Shown here piece by piece: positions 60,032 to 64,000 of a DNA stretch of 64,000 bases. The stretch is taken from positions 163,556,001 through 163,620,000 of the forward strand of contig NC_086102.1 of assembly GCF_963921235.1 (NCBI RefSeq), in the 5' to 3' direction. Under the pieces are notes generated by a model. It saw nothing but the letters and a program-made list of their open reading frames with translations. It did not search any database and was not told the DNA's origin. A program made the translations under genes and the position numbers. The DNA comes from Mobula hypostoma (lineage: Eukaryota). Positions within the stretch are counted from its first letter, which is position 1. Each line of letters opens with the position of its first letter.

Positions 60032-61956
60032 TGGTCACCGAATTATAGGAACAAACATAGTACATAGAATAGTACAGCACAGTACAGGCCCTTCAGCCCA
60101 CAATGTTGTGCCAACCCGCAAACCCTGCCTCCCATATAAGCCCCCACCTTAAATTCCTCCATATACCTGTCTAGTAGTCTCTTAAACTTCACTAGTGTAT
60201 CTGCCTCCACCACTGACTCAGGCAGTGCATTCCACGCACCAACCACTCTCTGAGTTAAATAAAAAACCTCCTCTAATATCCCCCTTGAACTTCCCACCCC
60301 TTAGCTTAAAGCCATGTCCTCTTGTATTGAGCAGTGGTGCCCTGGGGAAGAGGCGCTGGCTAGCCACTCTTATCTATTCCTCTTATTATCTTGTACACCT
60401 CTATCATGTCTCCTCTCATCCTCCTTCTCTCCAAAGAGTAAAACCCTAGCTCCCTTAATCTCTGATCATAATGCATACTCTCTAAACAGGCAGCATCCTG
60501 GTAAATCTCCTCTGTACCCTTTCCAATGCTTCCACATCCTTTGTATGGTGAGGCGACCAGAACTGGACACAGTACTCCAGGTGTGGCCTAACCAGAGTTT
60601 TATAGAGCTGATCATTACATCGTGACTCTTAAACTCTATCCCTCGATTTATGAAAGCTAACACCCCATAAGCTTTCTTAACTACCCTATCCACCTGTGAG
60701 GCAACTTCCAGGGATCTGTGGACATGTACCCCCAGATCCCTCTGTTCCTCCACACTACCAAGTATCCTGCCATTTACTTTGTACTCTGCCTTGGAGTTTG
60801 TCCTTCCAAAGTGTACCACCTCACACTTCTCTGGGTTGAACTCCATCTGCCATTTCTCAGCCCATTTCTGCATCCTATCAATGTCTCTCTGCAATCTTTG
60901 ACAATCCTCTACACTATCTACAACACCACCAACTTTTGTGTCGTCTGCAAACTTGCCAACCCACCCTTCTACCCCCATATCCAGGTCGTTAATAAAAATC
61001 ACGAGAAGTAGAGGTCCCAGAACAGATCCTTGTGGGACACCACTAGTCACAATCCTCTAATCTGAATGTACTCCCTCCACCATGACCCTCTGCTTTCTGC
61101 AGGCAAGCCAATTCTGAATCCACCTGGCCAAACTTCCCTGGATCCCATGCCTTCTGACTTTCTGAATAAGCCTACCGTGTGGAACCTTGTCAAATGCCTT
61201 ATTAAAATCCATATAGATCACATCCACTGCACTACCCTCATCTATATGCCTGGTCACCTCAAAGAATTCTATCAGGCTTGTTAGACATGATCTGCCCTTC
61301 ACAAAGCCATACTGACTGTCCCTGATCAGACCATGGTTCTCTAAATGCCCAGAGATCCTATCTCTAAGAATCTTTTCCAACAACTTTCCCACCACAGACG
61401 TAAGGCTCACTGGTCTATAATTACCCGGACTATCCCTACTACCTGTCAACAAAATAGAGAGAGTACAGAGGAGATATACTAGAATGTTGCCTGGGTTTCA
61501 TCTCCTAAGTTACAGAGAAAGGTTGAACAAGTTGGGTTTTTATTCTTTGGAGTGTGGAAGGTTGAGGGGGGACTTGATAGAGGCATTTAAAATTATGAGG
61601 GGGATAGATAGAGTTGACGTGGATAGGCTTTTTCCATTGAGAGTGGGGGAGATTCAAACAAGAGGACATGAGTTGAGAGTTAAAGGGCAAAGGTTTAAGG
61701 GTAGTATGAGGGGAACTTCTTTACTCAGAGAGTGGTAGCTGTGTTGAACGAGCTTTCAGCAGAAGTGGTTGAGGCAGGTTTGATGTTGTCATTTAAAGTT
61801 AAATTGGATAGATATGTGGGCAGGAAAGGAATGGAGGGTTATGGGCTGAGTGCAGGTCGGTGGGACTAGCTGAGAGCAGAGTTTGGCACGGACCAGAAGG
61901 GCCGAGATGGCCTTTTTCTGTGCTGTAATTGTTATATGGTTATATTTTTGTTATAT
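60032..61956 (+). mobile_element. CR1 3' fragment split by a second CR1
   Basis: TGGTCACCGAATTATAGGA (60032-60050) continues as TGTCAACAAAATAGAGAGAG (61445); ORF 61484-61738; TSD GAGTC at 60027-60031 and 61957-61961. Confidence 0.8.
60051..61444 (-). mobile_element. 5'-truncated CR1 LINE (innermost of the nest)
   Basis: ORFs 61057-61452, 60466-61050 (SGVPQGSVLGP, KFADDTK) and 60043-60297; ACATAG-repeat tail at ~60051-60070. Confidence 0.93.
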
Positions 61957-64000
61957 GAGTCAACATCCTGGTAAATCTCTTCTGCGCATTCTCTAAAGCC
62001 TCCACATCCTTCCTATAATGAAGTGACCAGAAATGAACATAATGTTTCTAGTGTGGTCTAAACAGAGCTCTCCACTTTTATTGGCAAGCCAATTATGAAT
62101 GCAAGCAGCTAAGTTTCTCTGGATCCTATGCCTCCTGACTTTTTAAATGAGCCTACCAAGGGGAACCTTGTTAAAGGCCTTACTAAAATGCATATACCCC
62201 ACATCCCACTGCTCTACATAATTAATTTGTTATGTCACTTCCTTAAAGTCAGTCAGGCTCATAAGCATGACCTGCCACTCTCAAAGCCATGCTACTATCC
62301 CTAGTCAGACTATACTTCTCCAAATGCTTATAAATCCTGTATTTAAGAACTCTGTCCAATAATTTGCCCACCACTGATGTAAGACTCTCTGTAATTCTCA
62401 GGATTATTCCCATTACCTTTCTTGAACAAAGGAATAGCATATGACATTCTCCAATCTTTTGGTAACACTCCTGTGAGGACATAAAGATCATTATCAAAGG
62501 TGCAATAATCACTTCCCTCACTTCCTGTACTAATCTGAGGTATATCCTACCTGACCCCAGAGACTTGTACTAAAGTTTTCCACAATTTCCAGTCTCACAT
62601 TCATCAAGGTCCCTCTTACTGGTGAATACTGAAGCAAAAGTATTCATTAAGGGCCTCCTCTATGTCTGACTCCAGGCACGTTTCCTTTTTTTAAAATCTC
62701 TGCTTGATTCTACTCTTACTCTAGTCAGCATCCTGTTCTTCACTTATCTGTAGAATACCTTGGAATTTTCCTTAATCCGAAGTCTGCCTACTAATGTGCT
62801 CCTCAGTGTATCTGTTGCTATTGTGATGTCTGTGGAATACTCCTAAAAAGAGAGATTATTCCCTTCCTATTTCTGACACCATCCACCCACAATGACTTGG
62901 TAGACAATACATCCATAATGTCCTCTCTGCAACTATATCATCCCTGATTAGCATTACCCCCCCACAATCTTTTCCCACCCTTCTTTGTCCCTTTTGAGAC
63001 ATCTAAACCCTGAAACATCCAGCAGCCGTTCCTGCCTATGTGACAGCCAAATCTCAATAATGGTCGCAACATTATAGTCCATGCTCTTAAGTTCATCACC
63101 CTTGTTAATACTTTTCGCATTTTAACCATCCAACTGACTGTATTAATGCTACGTTCACTGCTTATCCTTCATAGTCTCTCCACACGCTGCATTAGCCTTT
63201 ACATCAACTACTTCATCCTCTGACTTATCTCATCTCCAGCCAGTCTAGTTTTAAACCCTTCCCAGCAACTCTAACAAAGTTCCTCTTAGCAAGGACCTTT
63301 ATCCTCGAGTTTAGGTATAGCCAGCTCCTTTTTATAGGTCATATCTTCTCCAGAAGACATTCCAATGATCCACAAATCTGAAACCCTGCTCCCTCTTCAG
63401 TTACACATTCATCTGCTCTACCATCCTCCTCTTGTCTTCACTGGCATATGGCACAGGCAGAAATCCAGAGATTACTACCCTTGAGGTCCTTTTTCTTTTA
63501 GCTTCCTACCAAGCTCTCTATTTTTGTTCTTCAGGATCTCATCCCTTTTCCTAGTTATGTTGTTGGTATCAATATGGACTTGATCTGAGACATCTTTAAC
63601 CCTTCTGCCTGTGAGGCAACATACCATTTGGGAGTCTTTCATGTCCAGAGAATCTTCTGTCCCCCTAACTGTTGAACTCCCTATCATCACCACTCTTCTC
63701 CTCTTCAATCCTCTCTTTCCCTTCTGAACCAGAGTCAAGACTCCATCCCAGAGGCCTGATTGCTGCGACTTTCCCCTGTTCTATTTTTATTTAACAAAGC
63801 ATAGTGTAGGAATTGCCTGGATTGGTTTCTCATTCAGTATCACCTTATTACCAGTATATGATTGTGGTTTGGTGCCAAGCGTAAAACACAGGACAAAACC
63901 ATAACATTTAACACAACAGCAACTAACAATTTACAAGGCAGTAGTGCAAACAGCCTTGAGCAATCAACAATTAGCAGAATGGTTACATGCACAAACATCA

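Larger units (their letters stand above)
58890..63760 (-). mobile_element. Old long CR1 LINE including an ORF1 esterase remnant; host to nested CR1s
   Basis: ORF 63475-63738 VVMIGSSTVRGT...VCCLTG.RVKDV (ORF1 SGNH-like); ORF 62249-62521 LTSVVGKLL; 3' parts at ~59670-60030 and ~58890-58965. Confidence 0.75.

Noticed and set aside
1-64000. CRISPR arrays, operons, tRNA/rRNA genes, mir-10/mir-196, later lnpk exons
   Set aside because: Eukaryotic locus with no repeat-spacer array; B-box motifs belong to SINEs; no Hox miRNA sequence recognised; the next lnpk exon was not found before 64000.

Overview
Vertebrate genomic DNA: the posterior (5') end of a cartilaginous-fish HoxD cluster and its flank. 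An elasmobranch is inferred from an intact HoxD14; a batoid is a lower-confidence guess from the repeat families. Gene order: hoxd13 (-, 2 exons), hoxd14 (-, 3 exons, split homeobox, WFQNQR signature), evx2 (+, 3 exons), then lnpk/lunapark (+; non-coding exon 1, coding exons 2 and 3 about 22.7 kb apart, remainder beyond the window). Bases 1-~30.5 kb are AT-rich but CpG-retaining. They are largely repeat-free except for the hoxd13-hoxd14 interval and hoxd14 itself. Beyond ~30.5 kb the lnpk introns are CpG-depleted and packed with nested CR1, Rex/Babar, RTE, Penelope, hAT, Tc1/Tigger and Harbinger-type elements. The most unusual signal is a family of short Penelope-derived insertions with 10-14 bp target-site duplications carrying minimal type I hammerhead ribozyme motifs (CUGANGA...GAAAC-GUC). 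One sits as a near-perfect 103-bp inverted repeat with two intact hammerhead cores inside the homeobox-splitting intron of hoxd14. Three assembly gaps are present. All family assignments come from recognised motifs, not database searches.
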